Sequence record: SRR31156797_8083
Direction: 5' to 3' (one strand)
DNA length: 62,084 bases
Below the pieces are notes generated by a model. It searched no databases. It was not told where the DNA came from and saw nothing but the letters and a program-made list of their open reading frames with translations. Below are positions 9,927-19,581 of the stretch, one piece after another. Numbering within the stretch: position 1 is the first letter of the stretch; every line of letters begins with the position of its first letter. A program made the position numbers and the translations under genes.

Positions 9927-10685
9927 TTAAATAATATCTCTAAGGATTCTCAAATGGCGATTTCGAACTTCTGAAATAATATCCGATTTACCCGCCATTC
10001 GTCCACCGGCGTAAACGCCCAACTCAACTGTTTCCCGAGAACGAAAACCCTTAAAATTCGTTTTCTTTTCCTTTATTTTTTTCCCGGTAACAAAGGATAT
10101 TGACCGTTCATCTTCTCGATGTTCAGGCATGACAGTTGCCATGGTCACAGAAGAAATAATGATAAAAGTTTCTTCGGTCGCATAGTTTCTCATTACCTCA
10201 GTCAAAGCCGCGCCAATCACCGCTCCCGCAGCCATTCCTGTAATTGCATCAGCAGAACGCCCCCCCTGAATTCCGGGAGTAGCACCTGCGACTCCACCAA
10301 TGGCCGCGCCGAGAAAAGTGTATTCCGCAGGCAACATTTCCGTGACCTGCCCAAAATACTTAACATTAATATCCAGAAGAATACCAAAATCACTTCCATG
10401 AGTAATTTCATAGCCTACGTTACTATAGGAATCTTCAAGTTGCTGGCGAAATTTATAAATATCCAATGCAGGATCACCAGTCGTATTACGAATGCGAAGC
10501 TTCAATTTGTTGTTACGAAACATAGCGGGATCTGCAACGAATTCACCATTTTTAATAGCACCGTAGGAATAACCTGTTTCTTCATCCTCAACTAATCGAT
10601 ATTTATTCTTCTGAGTAGATACACAAGAAACCAAAATGACCGCCGCCATAATCAAGAAGCTCAATCTTTTTATATTTTTCCTCAT
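9927..10685 (-). CDS. Lipoprotein, TraT (complement resistance)-like
   Basis: Lipobox LVSC; IRNTTGD and GYEI segments; central Gly/Ala-rich hairpin (GAAIGGVAG..GMAAGAVIGA). Confidence 0.6.
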   Translation of the reverse strand: MRKNIKRLSFLIMAAVILVSCVSTQKNKYRLVEDEETGYSYGAIKNGEFVADPAMFRNNKLKLRIRNTTGDPALDIYKFRQQLEDSYSNVGYEITHGSDFGILLDINVKYFGQVTEMLPAEYTFLGAAIGGVAGATPGIQGGRSADAITGMAAGAVIGAALTEVMRNYATEETFIIISSVTMATVMPEHREDERSISFVTGKKIKEKKTNFKGFRSRETVELGVYAGGRMAGKSDIISEVRNRHLRILRDII

Positions 10686-12937
10686 CACTTACTCCCCTTA
10701 GAGACTCTAATACCATTTTGATCCAAGAACTTGAAAACTTCCGCATAATGAATGGAAAAGTTCAGCCCTTGCGCGCTGGCGCCAGAACTCGTAGTCACCT
10801 GCCCCCAATCATTCACGCCAACCACATACTTTCCAAAAAAGACCGGGCCACCGGAATTTCCGCCATTCGTGGCCGCATCGGTTTGAATATACAGTATCTT
10901 TTTATTAGAACTAGGAAAGTTTATTGGACGTGTTTTTCTGACTGTGCTCACAACACCCCGAGAAATGGAAAATTCGTATCCATTGGGATGTCCGATCACT
11001 TCCAAGGTCTTTCCGAGTGGTAATGTTCGTTTGTTGTAAAAACACACAGGCTTACCCCGCATGTCAGCTTGTATGAGAGCAAGATCAAGATAAGCATCAC
11101 GAGCAATAACCCGCCCCATGGTCTCTCGTTGATCAAACCGCTTCAACTGAACATAATTGGCTTCTTCTACAACGTGGTAATTGGTGATAATCATATCACC
11201 GGTGACATAGAACCCAGTCCCCATGCCCTGCCCGGTATTACGCACCACAACAACACTGTCGAAACGTTTGTCAGAATACTTATCGATCTCATATTTTTCA
11301 CTGTGATGTTTGCGCTGAGCCAAACTCCGATCTTTTGTAAATGTCCGATGAATTGACTCCATGGAAGCATATCGCTTCCACTCCGAAGGACGGGTCGTAA
11401 ACTGCTCCAAAAGGTCAGACAAATTGACTGGAATAGGCTCCATTTCATAGCGGACAACATCATCTTCAAGAACTGAGGTCTGAAGGAATTTCTCTTTGTT
11501 GGGATCACTCTCTTCCATGGCGTAACAGACTGTAAAAAAAGACTTTTCACTAATATCAAAAGTATCTTTGAAAAACACTTTCTTACGCTTGTCAATGACA
11601 TAATAATTCACGGTTGCAAACTTGTAGATGTCCATATGTGCTTTTGTAACAGGATACGGTTGATACTGAGCGATCGAGATGTGCTTCGGTGTGGTGCGCA
11701 TCTTTTCCTTGGCCACATCATAACGATTCCCCGTACTCTCAATCAGGTCTGTCTTTTTGCTTTCCTCATCCCAATGAGCAAAGACATCAACCGCCCAACT
11801 CGTAGTCGTCTTGGACTGTGCGGCATGATGCTGCACGGAAGCAGCCTCAAGTTCAGCCTTGGCAATCTCATATTCCGGATTAATCTCCTGCCCATACGAA
11901 GCAACATACGTAGAAGAAATGGTTTCATTTTCCTCCACCACACGCTTTGCCTTGGACACAGCCATATTGACCAGAATTAAAATATCAGCATTCTTGACAG
12001 CACTGTGAGAAAAAGCCTTGCGCATGCTCGCCTTTGAAGCGTCAAAAGGCATATCCAATTTAATATCGACACCAAAATCAAGGGCTTTATCCTTAATTAA
12101 ATCAGGACTTGTGACCTGCAAAAAAGCAATCTTGATTCCAGGAATTGACTGTAAATCCAGCCCTGCGGCCCTCGTCTTTTCGTATGCTGCCAAAATATCT
12201 TTTAAATCTGCATCTTTCCCCTTGGGGCACAATGACAAGAAATAACTCTGTGCCAATTCCTTTTGGGCAGAGTGTGGAAGATTTGCCCCATATGTAGCTA
12301 TAAAAACGGCTTTATCAGCAGCCTTCATGTCAGCAAGAGCACCACTCCAGATCGATTTATTTTCATCAAGGAAAAGACCCTCTTCAATATGCACAGGGTA
12401 TTCAATAAAAAAGTTCTTGCCATCAACCAAAGGAAAGAGAGCAAAATTTTTGGAAGCATCGGCTCTTATCTCGTCTTCCTTGACCTGCAAGGCCAGCAAA
12501 GCCTGTCCATATATTGCCGGGCGGTATCTCGGATATTTAAATATGGCGAGCTTGCCGAGTTCATCCAATTCCAAACGAATATGTGAAATGGAATCCTTTA
12601 CACCTTTCCAATCAGAACGGGGAACTGGCCAATGTATAGAATGAAGGCGTTCTATAATTGTCTGGATTTGAGGAGAATACGTGTAATCAAGTGCAGCAGA
12701 CAATCGGGCAAGAATTGCTTTCGTTTCAGGTTCACCAATAGAACCCGCAAAATAGGCCTCATTGTCGACAACCATATCAGATGCCTCAACAATCTTCCCC
12801 TGATCGAGCAGGACCTCGACGTTCTCTGTCGGCGACCCAGATAAGCCCTTACCTCCCCCAAGATGCACAGACTTACAGGAACACAACAAAAAGACCGCAC
12901 ATAATAGCAACGGTGCCACTCTAGGAACACGACGCAT
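10685..12937 (-). CDS. Large secreted/lipoprotein with C-terminal trypsin-like (S1C) serine protease domain
   Basis: Signal peptide ending LLCSC; GTGF, ITNYHVV (His), DLALI (Asp), TDAATNGGNSGGP (Ser); no PDZ domain. Confidence 0.8.
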   Translation of the reverse strand: MRRVPRVAPLLLCAVFLLCSCKSVHLGGGKGLSGSPTENVEVLLDQGKIVEASDMVVDNEAYFAGSIGEPETKAILARLSAALDYTYSPQIQTIIERLHSIHWPVPRSDWKGVKDSISHIRLELDELGKLAIFKYPRYRPAIYGQALLALQVKEDEIRADASKNFALFPLVDGKNFFIEYPVHIEEGLFLDENKSIWSGALADMKAADKAVFIATYGANLPHSAQKELAQSYFLSLCPKGKDADLKDILAAYEKTRAAGLDLQSIPGIKIAFLQVTSPDLIKDKALDFGVDIKLDMPFDASKASMRKAFSHSAVKNADILILVNMAVSKAKRVVEENETISSTYVASYGQEINPEYEIAKAELEAASVQHHAAQSKTTTSWAVDVFAHWDEESKKTDLIESTGNRYDVAKEKMRTTPKHISIAQYQPYPVTKAHMDIYKFATVNYYVIDKRKKVFFKDTFDISEKSFFTVCYAMEESDPNKEKFLQTSVLEDDVVRYEMEPIPVNLSDLLEQFTTRPSEWKRYASMESIHRTFTKDRSLAQRKHHSEKYEIDKYSDKRFDSVVVVRNTGQGMGTGFYVTGDMIITNYHVVEEANYVQLKRFDQRETMGRVIARDAYLDLALIQADMRGKPVCFYNKRTLPLGKTLEVIGHPNGYEFSISRGVVSTVRKTRPINFPSSNKKILYIQTDAATNGGNSGGPVFFGKYVVGVNDWGQVTTSSGASAQGLNFSIHYAEVFKFLDQNGIRVSKGSK

Positions 12938-13075
12938 AAAAACCTCTCTTGAATCACCCGAAATATTAATCATTCAAAATAAAAAGGGTCCCGCCTCATA
13001 GAAACAAACAAATGTTTGATAAAGCAATGAAAAGACAAAAGCAATATTGATATTGATTAACAATTTTTAATCTAC

Positions 13076-13107
13076 AAAAAAAATCCCCACTCTTACGAGT
13101 GAGGATT
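13076..13107 (-). terminator. Intrinsic terminator after metY
   Basis: aatccccactc ttac gagtgaggatt stem with A8 on + strand (U tract on -). Confidence 0.75.
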
Positions 13108-13129
13108 ATGTACTACAATTTCAGACTTT

Positions 13130-14437
13130 TCAGATCTGAGACTTCATCAAAGCCATATCCAGATCATCTATAATATCTTCAATGTCCTCCAAGCCAACGG
13201 AGACACGAATCAAGTCCGGTGGAACCCCTGCTGCCAGTTGTTCTTCCGGGCTGGATTGACCATGCGTTGTCGAAGCGGGGTGAATGACCAATGTTTTAGC
13301 ATCCAGAATATTTGCCAGATGTGAGCACAGTTCTACTGAATCAATGAATTTTCGCCCCGCCTCAAGGCCTCCTTTGACTCCAAAACCAAAGACAGCCCCC
13401 GGCCCGAGAGGAAAGGTGTTCTTGGCTCGATCATGATCGACATGGTTCGGAAGTCCTGCGTAATTAACCCACTCCACAGCATAATGTGTATCCAAAAACT
13501 CCGCAACTTTCTGAGCATTTTTACAATGTTGTTTTGCACGAAGCGGAAGAGTTTCCATTCCTTGAAGAATAAGAAAACTATTGTGTGGCGAAATGGTTGC
13601 ACCGGTATCACGCAGCAATCCGATCCGCACTTTAGCCGTAAATGCCGGACATGGTTCTCCCGCCGCCCCACCAAGCGCTTCCCACAAATTCACATTGTTG
13701 TATGTCGGATCAGGCGCGGCAATCTCAGGATACCTCCCTCTCTTTCCCCAGTCGAAACTTCCTTTTTCAACGATGGCACCGCCCATGGCAACACCATGCC
13801 CACCAATAATTTTCGTCAGGGAATGCACAACAATATCGCATCCGAAATCAAATGGATTAAAAATAGGCGGCGGTGCAACTGTGGAATCTAAAACAAACGG
13901 CAAACCATGCCTGTGAGCGACATCGGCAATACCCAAAAGATCATCAACGTTACAACGTGGATTACCAATGGATTCACTGTAGATAAGACGAGTATTCTCA
14001 TCAATGGCTGCTTCAAAATTTGCAGGGTCACTGGAATCGACAAAACGAACCTCGATACCAAATCTTTTTAGCGTATACTCAAACAAGGTTTGCGTTCCAC
14101 CATAAAGATTGGACCCTGTGACAAGATTCTGACCGGCAGAACAAATAGTCGTTACCGCATAAAAAATGGCCGCCATACCCGACGCGGTTGCTACGGCCCC
14201 CATACCACCATGGAGTTCGGCAAGTCGCTTTTCCAGAATATCCGTGGTCGGATTATTCAGCCTTGTATAAATATACCCAGCTTCCTTAAGAGAAAAAAGA
14301 TCAGCGGCATGCTGCGTATCACGAAACATGTACGCCGTTGTCTGATAAATAGGTACGGCTCGAGAACCGGTCTCCTTGTCCGGGGTATGTCCCGAATGCA
14401 AGGCCATTGTCTGCGGTCCATAATGTTTGTCTGCCAT
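13130..14437 (-). CDS. metY: O-acetylhomoserine aminocarboxypropyltransferase / sulfhydrylase
   Basis: AVPIYQTT, YTRLNNPT, SGMAAI, HSLTK (PLP lysine), HPASTTH, RVSVGLE; AGGAGG RBS. Confidence 0.88.
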   Translation of the reverse strand: MADKHYGPQTMALHSGHTPDKETGSRAVPIYQTTAYMFRDTQHAADLFSLKEAGYIYTRLNNPTTDILEKRLAELHGGMGAVATASGMAAIFYAVTTICSAGQNLVTGSNLYGGTQTLFEYTLKRFGIEVRFVDSSDPANFEAAIDENTRLIYSESIGNPRCNVDDLLGIADVAHRHGLPFVLDSTVAPPPIFNPFDFGCDIVVHSLTKIIGGHGVAMGGAIVEKGSFDWGKRGRYPEIAAPDPTYNNVNLWEALGGAAGEPCPAFTAKVRIGLLRDTGATISPHNSFLILQGMETLPLRAKQHCKNAQKVAEFLDTHYAVEWVNYAGLPNHVDHDRAKNTFPLGPGAVFGFGVKGGLEAGRKFIDSVELCSHLANILDAKTLVIHPASTTHGQSSPEEQLAAGVPPDLIRVSVGLEDIEDIIDDLDMALMKSQI

Positions 14438-14652
14438 GATCATATACCTCCTGTATCCCGGTCTTCAAATCACAGTGCGTCAAAGTGATTGAATTGGCAA
14501 CACCCAGTCTTACGGGGAAAAAACATTCTCATAAAATCAATAATTGGAACAACACTTGCTTAAAAACGACTCAAGGAACATTTTTCTGACACAGACGCAA
14601 GTGCTGTTAAACGTTTCATATTTTTCGCTCACTATTGGGGTCAGCGGAATTA

Positions 14653-14686
14653 CCCCGTCCCGGGATTGAGCAGAACCGGGGCGGGG
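14653..14686 (-). terminator. GC-rich hairpin immediately after the trmFO stop
   Basis: ccccgtcccgg / ccggggcgggg; weak U tract. Confidence 0.5.
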
Positions 14687-14687
14687 C

Positions 14688-16016
14688 TCATTTTTTCAAG
14701 CCAACGGCTTCGATCCACGCCCCAAAAGCTTCCTGCGCACGGACTCCATAGGCTTCCTTGCGCAACTTCTTCTTCATTTTCTTTTTCAATCCCGGCATAA
14801 GGCCAAAATTCACATTGGACGGCTGGAAACGTTTATCCGGGACAGTCCTGAGGTGCCCAAGCAATGCCCCCAAAGCCGTTTCCACAGGCGGTTCAGTAAT
14901 GGCATCCCCATTCACACGATGACCAAGTGACAGACCAAGCCAAAGCCCGCATGCGGCTGACTCCAGATATCCTTCCACTCCGGTAATCTGCCCCGCGAGA
15001 TAAAACCCGGGCTTGTTTTTGAGCTGTAACGTCTCGTCCAACACGTGGGGAGCATTGACATATGTATTACGATGAATGGAACCAAGGCGTAAAAACTCAG
15101 CCTCTTCCAAGCCGGGAATCATCCTGAAAACCCGTTTTTGCTCTGGATACTTAAGCTTGGTTTGAAATCCCACAAGATTGAAGGCCGTCTTATCTTTGTT
15201 TTCTGTACGCAACTGAACAATGGCAAAAGGACGTTCCCCGGTCTTGGGGTCCACGAAACCTACTGGTTTGAGTGGACCAAAAGCCAAGGTCATCTCGCCA
15301 CGCTCGGCCATGGCCTCCACCGGCAAGCACCCCTCAAAATGAATTTCTTTCTCGAAATCCCTTGGCTGAACCTTTTCTCCGGCAATCAAAGCCGCGACAA
15401 AAGCCTTATATTCATCCTCATTCATGGGACAATTCAAATAGTCATCATCTTCAGGCTTCCAACGGGAGCCCCAGAAAGCTTTGTCAAAATCAACGGAGTC
15501 ACGGGAAATAATCGGTGCGATAGCGTCATAGAAATACAATCTTTCATCGCCCACCGCGGCCATTAAACTCTCAGCCAACTCCGCACTAGCCAAGGGGCCA
15601 GCGGCAATGATCACCGCGTCATGCCCTTGCAGTTCTTCGGCATCAAGTGTCAGTATTTCCTGATGAACAACCGTGATCTTCTCATGATTTTCAATCTTGT
15701 CCGTAATGTATTCAGAAAAGAGCGTCCGATCCACGGCCAAAGCGCCACCAGCAGGAACCTGTGTGGCAAATGCGGCTTCCATAATCAGACTACCAAGGCT
15801 GGACATTTCTTCTTTAAGCAAACCAATAGCCGCGGAGGGGCCGGTTGCGCGAAAGGAATTGGAACAAATCAATTCTGCCAAACCGTCTTCACTGTGAGCC
15901 TCAGACCGTTTACCGGGCTTCATTTCATACAGCGTAACGTCAATTCCGGCCTCGGCCAATTGCCAGGCGCACTCGGTTCCAGCCAGTCCACCACCCACTA
16001 TTGCCACATGTGCCAT
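14688..16016 (-). CDS. trmFO: Folate/FAD-dependent tRNA (m5U54) methyltransferase
   Basis: VGGGLAGTECAWQ, AELICSNS, AGGALAVDR, FYDAIAP, NLVGFQT, HRNTY, AGQITGVEGYLES. Confidence 0.95.
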   Translation of the reverse strand: MAHVAIVGGGLAGTECAWQLAEAGIDVTLYEMKPGKRSEAHSEDGLAELICSNSFRATGPSAAIGLLKEEMSSLGSLIMEAAFATQVPAGGALAVDRTLFSEYITDKIENHEKITVVHQEILTLDAEELQGHDAVIIAAGPLASAELAESLMAAVGDERLYFYDAIAPIISRDSVDFDKAFWGSRWKPEDDDYLNCPMNEDEYKAFVAALIAGEKVQPRDFEKEIHFEGCLPVEAMAERGEMTLAFGPLKPVGFVDPKTGERPFAIVQLRTENKDKTAFNLVGFQTKLKYPEQKRVFRMIPGLEEAEFLRLGSIHRNTYVNAPHVLDETLQLKNKPGFYLAGQITGVEGYLESAACGLWLGLSLGHRVNGDAITEPPVETALGALLGHLRTVPDKRFQPSNVNFGLMPGLKKKMKKKLRKEAYGVRAQEAFGAWIEAVGLKK

Positions 16017-16094
16017 TTCATATCCCCGATATCGTTTACGTTCGCCGCGATATGCCGTATAGAAGGCCAAACGGAGAACCGTGGAATTCAAAAG

Positions 16095-17063
16095 ATGACC
16101 AAACCCCTTCTGGACATAGACAAGCTCACGACCTGCTTTTCCTCGCACCAAGGTATAGCCAAGGCGGTGGATACCGTCAGCCTTTCCTTTATGCAAGGAG
16201 AAACCCTGGCCATCGTGGGCGAATCAGGGTGCGGAAAAACAGTACTCGCCCTTTCCATTCTCGGTCTTATACCCGATCCGCCGGGCCGCGTCACCGAAGG
16301 ACGTATCCTTTACCGAGGCAAAGACTTGCTCGACATGAGCGACACAGAACTCATGCAAGTCAGGGGCAATCATATTTCAATGATTTTTCAAGAACCCATG
16401 ACCGCGCTCAATCCGGTCTTTCGGGTGAACGATCAAATAGCGGAGCCACTTCGGCTTCATCAAGGGTTTTCAAAAAACGAGGCCCTCGACAAAGCAGTCG
16501 ACGCTCTCGACATGGTAGGTATCCCCAACCCTATAGCTGTCGCCAAAACATACCCCCATGAACTGTCAGGCGGCATGCGGCAACGGGTGATGATCGCCAT
16601 GGCCTTGGCCTGCAACCCGGACATTCTCATCGCCGATGAACCGACCACCGCATTAGACGTGACCATTCAGGCCCAGATTATTGATCTCATGAATGACCTC
16701 ACGGAAAAAATGCACAGTTCGCTGATGCTGATAACTCATGATCTGGGTGTAGTCGCTCGCATGGCTCAACGGGTCGCGGTTATGTACTCCGGCAAAATTG
16801 TAGAGCTTGCCAATGTAAACAGCATATACGCCAGCCCCTTACACCCTTACACGCAGGGCCTTCTTGCATCCGTACCGACCCTAGGCGACACCCAACGCCT
16901 GAACCCCATTCCCGGTATTGTTCCTAGCATATTTAACAGACCGCAAGGATGCCGCTTCCACCCTCGGTGCCCTAAGGCATATCAAAAGTGCTCCCTCATG
17001 CTACCACCTCTTTTTGAACCGGAACCCGGCCATACCGTACGGTGCTGGCTTTACGAAGAGTAA
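16095..17063 (+). CDS. Oligopeptide/dipeptide ABC transporter ATP-binding protein (DppD/OppD-like)
   Basis: [25 protein letters not shown]-terminal CRFHPRC. Confidence 0.92.
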   Translation: MTKPLLDIDKLTTCFSSHQGIAKAVDTVSLSFMQGETLAIVGESGCGKTVLALSILGLIPDPPGRVTEGRILYRGKDLLDMSDTELMQVRGNHISMIFQEPMTALNPVFRVNDQIAEPLRLHQGFSKNEALDKAVDALDMVGIPNPIAVAKTYPHELSGGMRQRVMIAMALACNPDILIADEPTTALDVTIQAQIIDLMNDLTEKMHSSLMLITHDLGVVARMAQRVAVMYSGKIVELANVNSIYASPLHPYTQGLLASVPTLGDTQRLNPIPGIVPSIFNRPQGCRFHPRCPKAYQKCSLMLPPLFEPEPGHTVRCWLYEE

Positions 17064-17073
17064 AGGACACGCC

Positions 17074-18033
17074 ATGCCACCGCTTCTCGAACTCATTAAT
17101 GTTACCAAACATTTCAAGGTCACCAGCGGCCTGCTGGGACTTCAGTCCGGCCTCGTCCGCGCCGTGGACGGCGTCAGTCTGCATGTTAATAAAGGCGAAA
17201 CTCTGGGATTGGTTGGTGAGTCCGGTTGTGGCAAATCGACACTGGCAAAATGCATCATGGGGTTGGAACCTGTGACCAACGGCGAAGTGATCTTCCGCAA
17301 CAAGGCTCTTTCGACCTGGGAAGAAAAAGCGTTACGCAGCAAAATACAAATGATCTTTCAAGATCCATACTCTTCGCTGAATCCACGCCAAAAAATCGGA
17401 TCAATTATCCGCGAAGGATTGGACATCCACAATATTGGCACCAAAGGCGACAGGCAGGAAAAAGTCAACGGGCTTCTCCAGTTAGTCGGACTCATGCCCG
17501 AACATGGCCAACGGTATCCTCATGAATTTTCAGGCGGGCAACGGCAACGTGTAGCCGTGGCCCGAACACTCGCTCTTGATCCTCAACTCATCGTCTGCGA
17601 CGAACCAGTCTCGGCACTCGATGTCTCTGTCCAAGCGCAGGTCCTCGGCTTGCTCAAGGATTTGCAAACACAATTCGGCCTTACCTACGTTTTCATTTCA
17701 CATGATCTGTCCGTAGTCAGTCATATCTCTGATCAAATGGCTGTCATGTATCTTGGTCGCATTATGGAAATCGGGCCGAGCAAGGCCTTATTCGATTCCC
17801 CCAAGCATCCATACACACAAGCTCTTCTGTCTGCCGTGCTCCTCCCTGATCCGACCAAACAATCACAACGAATTCCGTTGAGCGGAGATCTGCCCAGTCC
17901 GATGGATCCTCCAACGGGTTGCCCATTCCACCCACGCTGCCCTCACACATTCGACAAATGTAAAAACGAACGACCAGAACTCGTGGACGGAGAATCCGGC
18001 ACAAAAGTCGCTTGTTGGTTGTACAACGCCTGA
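17074..18033 (+). CDS. Oligopeptide/dipeptide ABC transporter ATP-binding protein (DppF/OppF-like)
   Basis: GESGCGKST, FSGGQRQR, DEPVSALD, CPFHPRC. Confidence 0.92.
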   Translation: MPPLLELINVTKHFKVTSGLLGLQSGLVRAVDGVSLHVNKGETLGLVGESGCGKSTLAKCIMGLEPVTNGEVIFRNKALSTWEEKALRSKIQMIFQDPYSSLNPRQKIGSIIREGLDIHNIGTKGDRQEKVNGLLQLVGLMPEHGQRYPHEFSGGQRQRVAVARTLALDPQLIVCDEPVSALDVSVQAQVLGLLKDLQTQFGLTYVFISHDLSVVSHISDQMAVMYLGRIMEIGPSKALFDSPKHPYTQALLSAVLLPDPTKQSQRIPLSGDLPSPMDPPTGCPFHPRCPHTFDKCKNERPELVDGESGTKVACWLYNA

Positions 18034-18132
18034 CATCTGTACGGATTATACAAACCCGAATCTGTATCTGGACCACTCCAGACTGTTCAGGCATCATTCT
18101 TTACACAACCCCATTATCTCAAGGAAAGGAAT

Positions 18133-18696
18133 ATGATAACTCGACAAGAAGCCTTTGAATTACTGAAAGAACACAACACTGAAACCAATCTCATTAACCA
18201 TGCTTTGGAATCAGAAGCCGTCATGCGCGGCCTGGCTGCCAAACTTGGACAGGATGAAGAACTCTGGGGCATCACCGGTCTGCTGCACGATCTCGATTAC
18301 GCAGCCACCAAGGAAATCCATGACCGCCATGGCTTGGACAGCGTCGACTTGCTTGTCGGCAAACTCCCGGATGAAGCTCTTGCCGCCATCCGCCGCCACG
18401 CCTATGAAATGAACGGCTCGGACGAACCGGAAACTGATTTCGACTACGCACTCCGCTGCGGCGAAACCGTGACCGGCCTTGTTCACGCTGGTGCGTTGGT
18501 ACGGCCTACCAAGATCGAAGGCATGAAACCCAAAAGCTTGAAAAAGAAAATGAAAGACAAGGCCTTCGCCGCCAGTGTCAACCGAGACTGTATCCGTGAA
18601 TGTGACAAAATAGGCCTGGAACTGGGTGAATTCCTCCAGATCGCCATAGCCTCGGTCACCGCCATTGCCCCCGAAGTCGGCCTGATTGCCGAATAA
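18133..18696 (+). CDS. HDIG-domain metal-dependent phosphohydrolase
   Basis: H..E..MR, GLLHDLDY, HG, KKKMKDKAFAASVNR. Confidence 0.85.
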   Translation: MITRQEAFELLKEHNTETNLINHALESEAVMRGLAAKLGQDEELWGITGLLHDLDYAATKEIHDRHGLDSVDLLVGKLPDEALAAIRRHAYEMNGSDEPETDFDYALRCGETVTGLVHAGALVRPTKIEGMKPKSLKKKMKDKAFAASVNRDCIRECDKIGLELGEFLQIAIASVTAIAPEVGLIAE

Positions 18697-18700
18697 TTTT

Positions 18701-18738
18701 GTGCAACCGGCAACGTCATGAGACGTTGCCGGTTGCAC
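18701..18738. repeat. Perfect 17-bp inverted repeat
   Basis: gtgcaaccggcaacgtc-atga-gacgttgccggttgcac. Confidence 0.9.
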
Positions 18739-18798
18739 GATTCCCGCTTTTATACTACTCCTCATTTCCTGACTGAATTTCTCTGATTTTCAGAGGGC

Positions 18799-19581
18799 AT
18801 GGGAGCAAAATTGGCCGCAATTACTGAACATTTCGCAGCAGGAGACTCATTTATTCACCGGATTGATCCCCGCATCCGGCTTCTCTGCGGTGCACTTCTC
18901 ACTATACCTTTGGCAATCCAGAACTCACAACCACCAGCACTGATTGGCCTCGCCTTTGGTGCTCTGCTCATATTTATAGCGCGCTTAAAACTCGCTCAAG
19001 TCCTCAAACGACTTATGGTCGTTAACACCTTTATTCTCTTCCTCTGGGTCTTTTTACCCTTTTCTCTACCCGGTAATCCTCTTTGGTCCATAGGACCGTT
19101 TAACGCTACGACACAGGGCGTAAACTTGGCATTGCTTATCACCATCAAGTCCAATGCCATTGTTTTGACTCTCATGGCGCTCATGGGGACTATTTCCGTC
19201 CAAAATCTTGGTCCGGCCATCCAGCAACTTGGTATACCCCACAAACTATGTCACATCCTCCTGTTCACCTACCGGTATATTTTCGTAATCCATCAGGAAT
19301 ACAGGACTATGCGCACAGCCATGCAGGCCCGGGGCTTCAAACCCAAAACCAATGCGCATACCTACCGCTCATACGCATGGCTTGTCGGCATGTTGTTGGT
19401 TAAAAGCTGGGATCGAGCTGAACGAGTTCAAGGCGCCATGCGTTGTCGAGGCTTTCACGGTCGTTTCTATTCATTGACCAAATTTTCTACCAAATCGACA
19501 GATTTCATTTTCCTGGCAGTTTGTCTGCTTTTCGCCGCACGCATCATTCAATTGGGATTCTTTCCCGGAGCGTTACCATGA
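18799..19581 (+). CDS. cbiQ: Cobalt/nickel ECF transporter T component
   Basis: IHRIDPR, YRYIFVI, ARGF, RAERVQGAMRCRGF. Confidence 0.88.
   Translation: MGAKLAAITEHFAAGDSFIHRIDPRIRLLCGALLTIPLAIQNSQPPALIGLAFGALLIFIARLKLAQVLKRLMVVNTFILFLWVFLPFSLPGNPLWSIGPFNATTQGVNLALLITIKSNAIVLTLMALMGTISVQNLGPAIQQLGIPHKLCHILLFTYRYIFVIHQEYRTMRTAMQARGFKPKTNAHTYRSYAWLVGMLLVKSWDRAERVQGAMRCRGFHGRFYSLTKFSTKSTDFIFLAVCLLFAARIIQLGFFPGALP

Noticed and set aside
9927-10685. TraT-like gene as evidence of an integrated conjugative element
   Set aside because: No relaxase, T4SS, integrase or att-like repeats in the window.
15621-16196. Apparent long overlap between trmFO and the dppD-like ORF
   Set aside because: Artefact of longest-ORF calling; homology starts at 16016 (-) and 16095 (+).
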